Shown: positions 1 through 8,603, counted from the stretch's first letter. The stretch is 64,000 nt of DNA from a virus (IMGVR_UViG_3300048927_000157:1-64000); one strand, 5' to 3'. The notes: a model not told the origin generated them from the sequence alone. A program made the numbers and translations.

Positions 1-531
1 CCAGTCCTTACCAACCTTGTCCATCTTGAAGAATGGGTGAATGTTGTCAAGTCCATAATCTACATAATCGGCAATGTTATCTAAGTCTTTTTGGGTTCCT
101 CCAATAACTGAATTAACCCTCAATTCCCCTCCATATTTTGTTGTGGCATTGAATGCTAACCAAGAGGAAATAAATACAGATTTGGTAATCCTTCTGGCTC
201 CTACTCCAACAATTCCTTTATTCTCTTCTTGAGCTCTAAATAAAGCTTGTTGCAGCATCCATTCATTATCTCTTAAATCTGGATTTGCTTTTATAGATGT
301 GAAGTTTCCATTCTCATCTGGTGGTAAATCTTTTAGGAACTTCCAAAAATTTACATGCCAGTATAACCAAGGGTGAATCTTAACTCCTCCAATGGTTATT
401 CCTTTCTGTAACTTTCTAGCTTCCTCAATATAAAACTGCTGAACAATTCTCTTCTGTTCTTCAAAAGTCTTATCCTTAGCCCATTTAGGCTTGTCGGTCA
501 TGTTAATATATAACTGGCTGCTATACTTCAT
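1..531 (-). CDS. putative terminase large subunit, N-terminal fragment (continues beyond window start)
   Basis: Frame open from ATG at 529-531 to position 1 (177 codons; absent from the ORF track because truncated). MKYSSQLY...HPWLYWHVNFWKF...GVGARRITKS is a Walker-A-like loop. Assignment rests on motif memory only. Confidence 0.4.
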   Translation of the reverse strand, partial: MKYSSQLYINMTDKPKWAKDKTFEEQKRIVQQFYIEEARKLQKGITIGGVKIHPWLYWHVNFWKFLKDLPPDENGNFTSIKANPDLRDNEWMLQQALFRAQEENKGIVGVGARRITKSVFISSWLAFNATTKYGGELRVNSVIGGTQKDLDNIADYVDYGLDNIHPFFKMDKVGKDW

Positions 532-540
532 ATACAAGAA

Positions 541-566
541 AACCCACTACTTTTGTAGTGGGAATA
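541..566 (-). terminator. rho-independent terminator-like hairpin
   Basis: On the minus strand, CCCACTAC-AAAA-GTAGTGGG followed by TTTTCTT, immediately after the stop of 572..937. Confidence 0.6.
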
Positions 567-571
567 AATTT

Positions 572-937
572 TTAATAGTCTTCATCGTCATCATTGTCAT
601 CGTCATTCTTATCATCTAACTCCCCAGACTTAAGCATGTCTGCATAAGCACTTTTGTTAGACCCTTTCCTAACCTCTTTCACATCTCCTGTGTTGGTTAA
701 ATCTTTTAATGTGGATACCATACCAGAAAGATCTGCATACTGTGTAATCCACGTTATGTAGTTGTTGAAAAGACCAGATTGGAATTTAAATTCCTTTTCC
801 ATGTCATCTTGATTATCCTTCTCAGTCCATTTAACTGTATTAAGATAATCATTACAGTCTTCTAATCTGTCTTTCAAAAGCTCCAAACAGTGCTCTACAT
901 AATCAATGTGTGGTGTTAAATTCTTAGCCTTTGCCAT
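572..937 (-). CDS. hypothetical protein with poly-acidic C-terminus
   Basis: ORF directly upstream of the terminase-like gene. C-terminal DDKNDDDNDDDEDY. No catalytic motif recognised. Confidence 0.6.
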   Translation of the reverse strand: MAKAKNLTPHIDYVEHCLELLKDRLEDCNDYLNTVKWTEKDNQDDMEKEFKFQSGLFNNYITWITQYADLSGMVSTLKDLTNTGDVKEVRKGSNKSAYADMLKSGELDDKNDDDNDDDEDY

Positions 938-1409
938 CCTCGTTGTTAAAAGTTCTTATTTTTTCAATGTAGTCATCATCCCTAGAATCAGGTTGACTCA
1001 TTTTTTCCATTACAAAATCCTCAGCTTCCTTACTGAAGAATACCACTTCTCCTTTATCCAGGATAAAAGTTGGTTTTACGTTTGCCAGGTTGAACTCTAA
1101 AATTTCAATATCTTCTGGAGGTAGTTGTGGTTCAAAATCTAAGTACTTCATGAATGAGTAAATTTCATTCATTATTCTTACATTTATACCAACTTCGTTA
1201 GATTTAACATAAGAAAAAGAGTTTATCTTTTTCATTTCTGTAACTAACTTTCTGTTATTGTCTCTATCTCTGTCTGTGGTTCCTGAAGCTTTAATCTCGT
1301 TGATGATCTCAGCAGTTCTAAATTTATGCTCAGAAGCCTGGGCTGATAGAGTTTTAGTTACTGTAACTAACTCCTGTAGTCTCTTTTCTAATAAATCTGT
1401 TATCTCCAT
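924..1409 (-). CDS. hypothetical protein
   Basis: Co-directional ORF overlapping its neighbours by a few nt. No motif recognised. Confidence 0.6.
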   Translation of the reverse strand: MEITDLLEKRLQELVTVTKTLSAQASEHKFRTAEIINEIKASGTTDRDRDNNRKLVTEMKKINSFSYVKSNEVGINVRIMNEIYSFMKYLDFEPQLPPEDIEILEFNLANVKPTFILDKGEVVFFSKEAEDFVMEKMSQPDSRDDDYIEKIRTFNNEDGKG

Positions 1410-1645
1410 TATTTAGATTCTTCTGTATTTAAAGGTTCGTCCTGTTCAAATTTTATTGACTTTTCAATTGATTGGTAAATCTCTTGGTCACTTAATGCTC
1501 TTATGTCCTGTAATGTTTTTCCTGACAGCTCATTTTGTCTAAGGAAAGAATACATGATTTCCCCGAAGCTCATTTCAGGAAAAGTAATCTGGAAGTCTTT
1601 AAGTGAGGAAATAATAAGAGTTCCGTAGTTTTTTCTATCACTCAT
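1409..1645 (-). CDS. hypothetical protein
   Basis: Co-directional ORF with ATGA-type overlap with the downstream gene. Confidence 0.55.
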   Translation of the reverse strand: MSDRKNYGTLIISSLKDFQITFPEMSFGEIMYSFLRQNELSGKTLQDIRALSDQEIYQSIEKSIKFEQDEPLNTEESK

Positions 1646-1649
1646 TCTC

Positions 1650-2297
1650 TTATTGTTTAAATCCTGTTAATACTATTGTTGTTCTATGAGGAGTGTTTCC
1701 TACAATATATTCTACACCTACCTCTTTTGCAAACCTCCCTGCTCCAACAAATCCTAAATCAAGTCTAAAGTGAATAGTTCCTCTATTCTCAATTGTATGA
1801 AATTTAGTAACTGTGCAGCCACAAGTTGGGTTTACTGAATGTATTTTAAACGTTTCTGGTGAGTTGATATCTACTAACAATTCTACTTCAGTGGGATCTC
1901 CTAAATGAAGGAGTCCATAATCCAATACAAATTTGTTATTATCTAGCTTCAAATCTACCTTTACGTCTGATACGTTGGTTATATTTAAATCTTCGTTATT
2001 CATTGTTTCTAATCTGGTCTTAAACCATTTTTTTTCTTTATCTGCCATGTAAGCTGCACACTCTTCTAGAGGAGATTGAGTCTTCTCATGAATCTGGCAC
2101 TTGCAGAGAGTACAAAAGGCAGGAGTTATAGTACTTCTAAGATAGTCTATAGGACTTAATTGATCTGATGGTGTATTCACACTATTGTACTCACAGGCTC
2201 CACAAAGAGATCTTCTCTCTTCCTTCACCTTATCTGACACTGTTTCATCAGGAAAAAAGCCTTTGAAAATCTTTCTTGCTTTATTGATTTCCTTCAT
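1650..2297 (-). CDS. Cys-rich protein with DUF1573-like C-terminal domain
   Basis: N-terminal CGACEYN...CTLCKC...EECAAY cysteine cluster. C-terminal ...VNPTCGCTVTKF... resembles the sCGCT motif of Bacteroidetes DUF1573. Confidence 0.55.
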   Translation of the reverse strand: MKEINKARKIFKGFFPDETVSDKVKEERRSLCGACEYNSVNTPSDQLSPIDYLRSTITPAFCTLCKCQIHEKTQSPLEECAAYMADKEKKWFKTRLETMNNEDLNITNVSDVKVDLKLDNNKFVLDYGLLHLGDPTEVELLVDINSPETFKIHSVNPTCGCTVTKFHTIENRGTIHFRLDLGFVGAGRFAKEVGVEYIVGNTPHRTTIVLTGFKQ

Positions 2298-2821
2298 TAG
2301 TGGTTAATTGGCTTACCCTGTTTCTTATACCAGTTGTAAGCATAGTTGTTTTGCTGTTGTTCTGCCTCTTTCAGTTTCACCTTGTTGGTGTAATAACTAG
2401 CCTCAAACTTTGATGGTTTAAACATTGCATTTCTAGTTTTATTCAAAAATACTTTTGAAATCAAATCAGGATAGATGACCTTAAATTTCTCTTGTTCAAC
2501 CCTCATCCTTTTCTCTCTCACCTTAAAATTTTCCAGATATTGTTTGAGCTTTTGTTTTTTTATCTCGTCAGTCTCTTTATAGTGTTTATTGGTAAGTTTT
2601 CTGATGTTTTTATCCAGGTCTTTTTTATTGATAGACATTACTCCAAGGGGAGTTAATCCATAAAATAAATCATCTGTCTCCAGAATATGCTGCTTAAAAT
2701 CTTTCATGAAATCATTAAATACTTCCTTTACTAATGGCTCTTGCACTGAAATCCTCTTAGAAACCTCTCGGAAGATATCATTAGTAAACAAAATTTCTTT
2801 TTTAATTTCACCTTTCTTCAT
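2297..2821 (-). CDS. hypothetical basic protein
   Basis: Co-directional ORF, Lys-rich. No motif recognised. Confidence 0.6.
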   Translation of the reverse strand: MKKGEIKKEILFTNDIFREVSKRISVQEPLVKEVFNDFMKDFKQHILETDDLFYGLTPLGVMSINKKDLDKNIRKLTNKHYKETDEIKKQKLKQYLENFKVREKRMRVEQEKFKVIYPDLISKVFLNKTRNAMFKPSKFEASYYTNKVKLKEAEQQQNNYAYNWYKKQGKPINH

Positions 2822-3216
2822 TATTCAAAGTAGATTAAAATTGCTTTTCTAGTGTCAATTACTGGGGAAGCTAATGTTTCTTTCAATCTCAGAATATCTG
2901 GATGCAAATACTTTTTCCTAAAATTATTTTTATCTCTTATCAGGTATCCATTTCTGGTCAACTCTGCATTAATTTGTGTCAAATTGTCAGCAGAAATACC
3001 CAAGGTTTCAATAATCATTTTTTTAGTGTCAGGATTATATCCATTCAGAGCATAAAAGGCTAAAACATCTTCAAGTTTTCTTCTGATCTTAACTTTTCCT
3101 GTTCTAACTCTTTCCAGTGTAGCAAAGATGGCTACTGCTTTTTTCATAAGATCCAGTCTACTTTCAGTTTTAACTGGGTAGGCATAGACGTTATCTATTT
3201 TCTTTTCGTCACTCAT
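2821..3216 (-). CDS. putative winged-helix transcriptional regulator
   Basis: ...LAFYALNGYNPDTKKMIIETLGISADNLTQINAELTRNGYLIRD... is an HTH/wHTH-like segment. First gene of the minus-strand operon, next to inverted repeats. Confidence 0.5.
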   Translation of the reverse strand: MSDEKKIDNVYAYPVKTESRLDLMKKAVAIFATLERVRTGKVKIRRKLEDVLAFYALNGYNPDTKKMIIETLGISADNLTQINAELTRNGYLIRDKNNFRKKYLHPDILRLKETLASPVIDTRKAILIYFE

Positions 3217-3324
3217 ACTTTTAAGTTAAATAAAACAAAGGTCACCTATTTCTGACTTTTGCATAGTGGTTAATATAGTTATACTAAATAATTTAGATTA
3301 ACTATTACTGAAATAAACCAAAAG

Positions 3325-3368
3325 TTAAACCTAATACTAAAGGTTAAAATTAAACCTTTAAGGTTAAC
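3325..3368. promoter_or_regulatory. two inverted repeats with AACCT/AGGTT half-sites (candidate operator)
   Basis: TTAAACCT-N8-AGGTTAAA at 3325-3348 and TTAAACCT-TTA-AGGTTAA at 3350-3367, in the leader of the minus-strand operon. Confidence 0.45.
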
Positions 3369-3372
3369 GTTT

Positions 3373-3640
3373 GAACACACCTTCCCCTTATAGGGCTATG
3401 ATGTTTTCATTCCCTACTCTTTGGGGTTCGGTTGTGTTACTCTTGATTTTGGATTTAGAGAAACTTTTGCTGATTTAATTTAACTTTTACAATTTCCGAA
3501 CTGACTTATGTTTGAGGTATTTCCTCTCCCAGGCATTAAGTCTGTCACCTTGCCTACTCACTTTAGGGACCCTCATGGTAGTGAGTTTTTATCTTATGTT
3601 GCCACCGTATTCAACCGACCAACATAAGGAGTGTCACATT
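3373..3640 (-). ncRNA. candidate ~270-nt noncoding transcript or long structured 5' leader
   Basis: Consensus phage promoter on the minus strand at 3647-3680. The region is richer in G+C than its surroundings. The longest minus-strand ORF I found by eye is about 29 codons. Local hairpins are present (CTCACT..AGTGAG, GAGG-AAATA-CCTC). Confidence 0.3.
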
Positions 3641-3646
3641 TGACTT

Positions 3647-3680
3647 TGCAAATATAATACTTTTTTTTAACATGACCAAA
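3647..3680 (-). promoter_or_regulatory. phage consensus promoter (minus strand)
   Basis: The reverse complement reads TTTGGTCATGTTAAAAAAAAGTATTATATTTGCA. It matches the TTTGCATATGTCAAAA-N-TAnnTTTGCA motif seen throughout the window. Confidence 0.55.
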
Positions 3681-3791
3681 TACCTAATAAAAAATTTTAT
3701 CTTTTTGGTATTTTAATCAATCGTTTTGCAAATGTACGAAATTAATTTGAATTATGCAAGTATTATTTTTAAAAATATTTTTTGTTATAAA

Positions 3792-3825
3792 TTTGGTAGT
3801 TTCAAAATTTTTATATATCTTTGCA
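3792..3825 (+). promoter_or_regulatory. phage consensus promoter
   Basis: TTTGGTAGTTTCAAAATTTTTATATATCTTTGCA, 15 nt upstream of the ATG at 3840. Confidence 0.6.
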
Positions 3826-3839
3826 CAAAACAAACCACA

Positions 3840-4088
3840 ATGATAGTAAGTTACGATGAATTCTTCAATGACGTTTGGGATTATGTCTCTGAACACATTG
3901 TAGATGACGAATTATGGCAAAAACATGAAGATAAATTCTATGCTATGACCTTTGATCTATACGACTTGTACTCAAAGGCAAGCATCACTTTTCCTAACGG
4001 AGAAAGGCAAGAGTTACTCACACCAAAGGTATGTGCAAGGCTCATAGAATCATTCATAAAAAATTTCAAGTCAAGTATTAATTGTTAG
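3840..4088 (+). CDS. hypothetical protein
   Basis: Track ORF 3726..4088 trimmed to the first ATG downstream of the promoter (MIVSYDEFF...). Confidence 0.55.
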   Translation: MIVSYDEFFNDVWDYVSEHIVDDELWQKHEDKFYAMTFDLYDLYSKASITFPNGERQELLTPKVCARLIESFIKNFKSSINC

Positions 4089-4134
4089 TTAATTTGAGGA
4101 AGTATAAATTTTTTTGTACTTTCTCATTTTTTTA

Positions 4135-4168
4135 TTTGCATATGTCAGATTTTTTTCTTATATTTGCA
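4135..4168 (+). promoter_or_regulatory. phage consensus promoter
   Basis: TTTGCATATGTCAGATTTTTTTCTTATATTTGCA. Confidence 0.65.
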
Positions 4169-4180
4169 AAAAAGTAAATT

Positions 4181-4918
4181 ATGTTTTCAACAATAGATTT
4201 CGAGACAACAGGATTAAATCTCACATTAGATGAGATTTGTGAAGTAGCAGTTGTAAATTTTGACAAAGACTTTAACATAGAGAAAGAGTTTAGAACACTT
4301 TGTAGAACCTATAAACCCATACCTGAGGATGTAAGTAAAATTCATGGGATCACAAATGAAATGGTCCAGGATAAACCTTACTTCCATGAGGTTATTCCAA
4401 CGGTATTGCAGCTAATAAAGGGTAAGATCATCTGTGGACAAAACATCAGAAGATTCGATTTACCACTCTTAGCTGAGAAGTGCCTGTTGAGTGATTTCCC
4501 ATTCGATTTCAATGAATACAAAACTCTAGACACTTTGGTGATTGAGTCTGTATTAAAGCCTAGGAATCTCTCATTTCTGTATAAACAATATACTGGAAAA
4601 GACTTAGAGGATGCACACTCGGCACTGGTTGACTGTAAAGCTTCTATGGAGGTTCTAAAAGCACAAATAGAAACTAATAACCTAGATATTCACTCAGATG
4701 ATTTTAATGCAACTTTTGGCATTAAGGATGATGTTGTAGATCCTCTAGGTAAACTAAAATACATAGATGGAGTAGTTTGTTGGTCTATGGGGAAAAATAA
4801 AGATCAGGCAATCAGTAAAGATGTAGCTTATGCTAGATGGGCTCTTACGGCTGACTTCCCTAAATCAACAAAATTCTACATTCAAAAAGAATTAGACAAA
4901 ATAGACAAAGTAAAATAA
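4181..4918 (+). CDS. DnaQ-like DEDDh 3'-5' exonuclease
   Basis: Exo I IDFETTGL, Exo II CGQNIRRFDLPLL, Exo III HSALVDC. Confidence 0.85.
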   Translation: MFSTIDFETTGLNLTLDEICEVAVVNFDKDFNIEKEFRTLCRTYKPIPEDVSKIHGITNEMVQDKPYFHEVIPTVLQLIKGKIICGQNIRRFDLPLLAEKCLLSDFPFDFNEYKTLDTLVIESVLKPRNLSFLYKQYTGKDLEDAHSALVDCKASMEVLKAQIETNNLDIHSDDFNATFGIKDDVVDPLGKLKYIDGVVCWSMGKNKDQAISKDVAYARWALTADFPKSTKFYIQKELDKIDKVK

Positions 4919-4919
4919 T

Positions 4920-5885
4920 ATGGCAGAAAAGAAATTAAGTTTAGATGAGTTCCTAACATCAATGAATAAAAGTTTTGGGGAAGGAAGTTTAATAGTTCTA
5001 GGAAATGCTAACACTCAGAAAGTAGATTGTAATCCTGTTGGAGTTTATTCTATTGACGATTGTATGGGTGGTGGATTTGCTAAAGGTAGAATCATTGAAA
5101 TCTACGGTCCAGAATCTTCTGGTAAAACTTCATTAACCTTAATGGCTATTGCAGAAGCTCAAAAAGAAGGTAAGATTTGTGCTTTCGTAGACGTTGAGCA
5201 AGCCTTTGATGCAAGCTATGCAAAAAAATTAGGAGTAGATCTAGATAAACTGGTTGTAAACCAACCTGGATTTGGGGAAGAAGCTTTACAGATTTTAGAT
5301 AAAATGATTGAGTCAGGATTGTTTGACATCATTGTATTTGATTCTATTGCAGCAGTAACTCCTAAATCAGAACTAGAGGACGAAATGGGAACCAAGAAAA
5401 TGGGAGAGGTAGCAAGGCTTATGGCTCAGGCACTAAGAAAAATTACAGCTAAGACAAATGAGACCCATACTACTGTAATCTTTATCAATCAGTTGAGAGA
5501 AAAGATTGGTATTATGTTTGGTAATCCAGAGACCACAACAGGTGGTAATGCAATGAAGTTCTATGCTTCTCAAAGAATTGATGTAAGAAAAGGTCAACTA
5601 ATCAAAGAGGGAGACAATGTTATTGGTTATTTGATGAAAATTAAAGTAATCAAAAATAAGATTGCTGCTCCTTTTAAAGAAACAATTGTAAGTGTATATT
5701 ACAACGAGGGAGTTGATAAGATGCAGGACTTACTTGAGTTTGCCATCAAAAATGGTGTTGTCCAAAAGAATGGATCTTGGATAAGCTATGAAGGAACAAA
5801 CATTGCACAAGGGGCTCAGAAGGCAGCACAAATGCTAAAAGATAATCCAGAACTAGTGGATGAGATTATCTCTAAATTAAAATAA
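4920..5885 (+). CDS. recA: RecA recombinase
   Basis: GPESSGKTSLTL Walker A, IIVFDSIAA Walker B, and typical RecA length and L1/L2 region (FINQLREKIG...GNPETTTGGNAMKFYAS). Confidence 0.95.
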   Translation: MAEKKLSLDEFLTSMNKSFGEGSLIVLGNANTQKVDCNPVGVYSIDDCMGGGFAKGRIIEIYGPESSGKTSLTLMAIAEAQKEGKICAFVDVEQAFDASYAKKLGVDLDKLVVNQPGFGEEALQILDKMIESGLFDIIVFDSIAAVTPKSELEDEMGTKKMGEVARLMAQALRKITAKTNETHTTVIFINQLREKIGIMFGNPETTTGGNAMKFYASQRIDVRKGQLIKEGDNVIGYLMKIKVIKNKIAAPFKETIVSVYYNEGVDKMQDLLEFAIKNGVVQKNGSWISYEGTNIAQGAQKAAQMLKDNPELVDEIISKLK

Positions 5886-5891
5886 ACACAA

Positions 5892-6350
5892 ATGAATTGG
5901 ACTCTTAAAGGAAGGGAAGTCAAACACATAAAAGACTTCCCTGAAGGAGCCATCGGATTTATTTACATGCTTCACTTCTCAAACGGGAAGAAATACATTG
6001 GAAGAAAATCTTTATACTCTTATACTAAAAGAAATTTTGGTAAGAAAGAGTTGGCTCTTATTACAGACAAAAGGTTGAAAACTTATGAAATTGTCAAAAA
6101 AGAAGTTAAGTGGCAAAGTTATACTGGTTCCTCTGGAAGAGAAGCTAAAGGAGCAATGGATGACGGTGCTCACCTGGTTAAAAAAGAAATACTAAAAATA
6201 TGCTTTACCAAGAAGCAGATTACATATTATGAGACACAATGTTTGTTTGCATATGGTACTCTTGAAGGTGATGACTACTACAATGACAATATCTTAGGTA
6301 AATTTTATAGAAGAGACTTAGATTATGATAAAGAGATTTTATTGGAATGA
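5892..6350 (+). CDS. GIY-YIG-like nuclease domain protein
   Basis: GFIYMLHFSNGKKYIGRKS (GIY...YIG spacing), with downstream E and N residues. Confidence 0.5.
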   Translation: MNWTLKGREVKHIKDFPEGAIGFIYMLHFSNGKKYIGRKSLYSYTKRNFGKKELALITDKRLKTYEIVKKEVKWQSYTGSSGREAKGAMDDGAHLVKKEILKICFTKKQITYYETQCLFAYGTLEGDDYYNDNILGKFYRRDLDYDKEILLE

Positions 6351-6822
6351 TGAACTAAACGAAGAAACTTTTGAGGCTTTTCTTCAGTTCCAGAATGAAC
6401 TTCCTGAAGGTATGAAGTTCGAAGTGTGGTTAGATTCACCAGGAGGTAAGTGTATTATTGCAGAAATGCTAAGGGAAATCTTTGAGTCATATGACCCAGA
6501 ACAGTTTCAATTGGTTGCTTGTGGTAATATTTTTAGTGCAGCCTTTGATCTATTTGTTACTGTAAAATGTCCGAAGTATCTTGTTCCTGGAACATCAGGA
6601 ATGGTTCATACTACTTCTAGGAGAGTATCAGTAAGACCCGTTACAGGTAAGATAAAATTAGATTTCACAGAGGATAAGTTGCTTTATAAAATGAAGTATC
6701 CTATCGTTGAGGAAGTTGAGGCAAAATTACCAAGTATTCTAAGCAAAGAAGAGTTTGAAGCATACGAAAATGATGAGGACATATTCTTAACAACAGAAGA
6801 GATAAAAAAATTTTTAACATAA
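6325..6822 (+). CDS. ClpP/SppA-family serine protease-like protein (short)
   Basis: WLDSPGGKCIIAEML (ClpP INSPGG-like), GNIFSAAFDLF (Ser) and GMVHTT (His). Confidence 0.55.
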   Translation: MIKRFYWNDELNEETFEAFLQFQNELPEGMKFEVWLDSPGGKCIIAEMLREIFESYDPEQFQLVACGNIFSAAFDLFVTVKCPKYLVPGTSGMVHTTSRRVSVRPVTGKIKLDFTEDKLLYKMKYPIVEEVEAKLPSILSKEEFEAYENDEDIFLTTEEIKKFLT

Positions 6823-6837
6823 AATTAACTTTCATAT

Positions 6838-6871
6838 ATTTGCATATGTCAAAATAATATTGTACATTTGC
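6838..6871 (+). promoter_or_regulatory. phage consensus promoter
   Basis: TTTGCATATGTCAAAATAATATTGTACATTTGCA. Confidence 0.65.
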
Positions 6872-6908
6872 AATCTAATAAATAACTAATTAATAAAAAG
6901 TTTATAAC

Positions 6909-7730
6909 ATGGCAAAAGAATTCGGAACAGGAAGAAATTTCACATTTCTAAGAATCAATTCTAAAGGAGAATTATACGAGAGCTCAAAAGACCCTAAAGA
7001 AGGTTTTAATGAGATAGTTTTAGATCCAGGTACTCCAAATGAAAGAAAGACTTATCAAAAGTCTTATAAAAGTACCGATTATGGTAAGGTATCTTACCTT
7101 GCAATAACTGAGAAAAATTTCCCAAAAGGAAAGGTTAATTATGTGGAATTGTCAGTACAATCAGATGAAGATCCAACTGGAGTAGATGTGATTCAATTAC
7201 CACTAAGAAGCTTGAAAGGTGGATTAAATGATGAGGTAAAAAAATTGATTGCTATCCTACCAAGCTTAGATTACTCTAAGTCGATTATAATCTCTTCTAA
7301 TAGAGAGAAAAATCTGAGAGGATATGTAGACAAAATTTTGTATTTCAGATACAAACAAGAAGAAGGGCAAGATAAAGATACTCCAATTAAATTCTCATTG
7401 AAGTTCGGTGAAAAGGGAAATGTTCCTATGTTCTTAATTGAAGAGGACCCAATTAATCCGAGTCAGAAAACAATGAACTACAAAGATCAAGATAAATTTT
7501 TGTCTCAAGTTCTTATGTATGAGTTAAAAAGATACGAGGACTTTAAAGCTGGAAATGTATACCAATCTGAGTTTTACAAAGAGTGGGAACCAACTGAGGC
7601 TGATACAACAACTCCTCAAGCAACTACAGCACAACCAGCAGCTTCTCAAACTCCAGTTACAGCTACTACAACAGGTGAAAATCCTTTTGCAGCTAATGCA
7701 GTAGAGGAAGACGGGGATCTGCCATTCTAA
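6909..7730 (+). CDS. putative ssDNA-binding protein with SSB-type acidic C-terminal tip
   Basis: A Pro/Thr/Gln/Ala linker followed by ...EEDGDLPF at the extreme C-terminus (compare bacterial SSB DDDIPF). Located next to RecA and the exonuclease. Confidence 0.5.
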   Translation: MAKEFGTGRNFTFLRINSKGELYESSKDPKEGFNEIVLDPGTPNERKTYQKSYKSTDYGKVSYLAITEKNFPKGKVNYVELSVQSDEDPTGVDVIQLPLRSLKGGLNDEVKKLIAILPSLDYSKSIIISSNREKNLRGYVDKILYFRYKQEEGQDKDTPIKFSLKFGEKGNVPMFLIEEDPINPSQKTMNYKDQDKFLSQVLMYELKRYEDFKAGNVYQSEFYKEWEPTEADTTTPQATTAQPAASQTPVTATTTGENPFAANAVEEDGDLPF

Positions 7731-7741
7731 AAATTTGAAGT

Positions 7742-8005
7742 ATGAAAGGCTTATATGATATGGCTTTCCATAATCATTGGCTAAATGTAATAAGAAAAAT
7801 GAAGGGGGTTAAAAGTGTAATGCACATAAGAACTGCTACTAAACCCCCTAAATTCTTACTACATACAGTCTTGAATAATGGAAACGGAAGAGAAGTGATA
7901 AATTATAGATTAGACGAGGAACCTTCTACTAATATGGAAGACGAATATCTATTTATAATTAATGACCTAAAAAAGAAAGGTTATGGAGAACAACCCAAAA
8001 ATTAG
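7742..8005 (+). CDS. hypothetical protein
   Basis: Co-directional ORF with a TAG stop. Confidence 0.5.
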   Translation: MKGLYDMAFHNHWLNVIRKMKGVKSVMHIRTATKPPKFLLHTVLNNGNGREVINYRLDEEPSTNMEDEYLFIINDLKKKGYGEQPKN

Positions 8006-8195
8006 AGATCTGTATGATACGTTTCTTGATTCAGGTGAGTTACTGGTTATTATGCCAGAAGCAACTTGCATTTGGGACAAAGACAAAACTCTATTTAGCA
8101 GCATTTATTCAAATTTAGATGATACCTTGCTGCATATCAATGATTTATATGAAGAAGACGAAGAAGATTTTTTCTTTGATGAAGACTACTTTTAA
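7983..8195 (+). CDS. hypothetical acidic protein
   Basis: Co-directional ORF. C-terminal EEDEEDFFFDEDYF. Confidence 0.5.
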   Translation: MENNPKIRDLYDTFLDSGELLVIMPEATCIWDKDKTLFSSIYSNLDDTLLHINDLYEEDEEDFFFDEDYF

Positions 8196-8211
8196 TAAAA
8201 AGTTTTAGGTA

Positions 8212-8245
8212 TTTGCATTTTAGGATTTTATTTCTTATCTTTGCA
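8212..8245 (+). promoter_or_regulatory. phage consensus promoter (first of a tandem pair)
   Basis: TTTGCATTTTAGGATTTTATTTCTTATCTTTGCA. Confidence 0.55.
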
Positions 8246-8278
8246 TTACTAAAATTTAACAAAAATTTAACCAATTAA

Positions 8279-8313
8279 ATTTGCATATCTCGAAAGTATT
8301 TCGTATCTTTGCA
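8279..8313 (+). promoter_or_regulatory. phage consensus promoter
   Basis: TTTGCATATCTCGAAAGTATTTCGTATCTTTGCA, preceded by TTTAACAAAAATTTAAC. Confidence 0.65.
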
Positions 8314-8329
8314 AAGTAAATAAAACATA

Positions 8330-8446
8330 ATGAAAACATCTTATAACTTTTATTCGTTTGCCTTTAACCCTAGTGTACTGGGGGCAGATAAGTTATGGGA
8401 TAATAGCTCTACAATAGTAGGATTAAATATAAACACACAAACATGA
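8330..8446 (+). CDS. 38-codon ORF, or a short RNA, between promoter and terminator
   Basis: ATG 17 nt after the promoter (MKTSYNFYSFAFNP...). A terminator lies 35 nt downstream. Coding status unproven. Confidence 0.3.
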   Translation: MKTSYNFYSFAFNPSVLGADKLWDNSSTIVGLNINTQT

Positions 8447-8481
8447 TTTTGGTTCATAGTTTTAGTTTTTTGATTATTTAA

Positions 8482-8518
8482 ATCCCTACTTAGTAAAATT
8501 CGTAGGGATTTTTATTTT
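8482..8518 (+). terminator. rho-independent terminator
   Basis: ATCCCTAC-N12-GTAGGGAT followed by TTTTTATTTTT. Confidence 0.7.
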
Positions 8519-8527
8519 TATATAACT

Positions 8528-8603
8528 CGTGGTATATGCTCCATTGGATGGGGATTTAGACTGTCACTCTTCAAAAACGAGGGTTCGAATCCCTCTATCA
8601 CGG
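8528..8603 (+). tRNA. tRNA-Asp(GTC), weak anticodon and D stems (possibly degenerate)
   Basis: Acceptor CGTGGTA/TATCACG, T arm GAGGG-TTCGAAT-CCCTC, anticodon loop CTGTCAC. Only 3 bp of anticodon stem. Confidence 0.55.
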
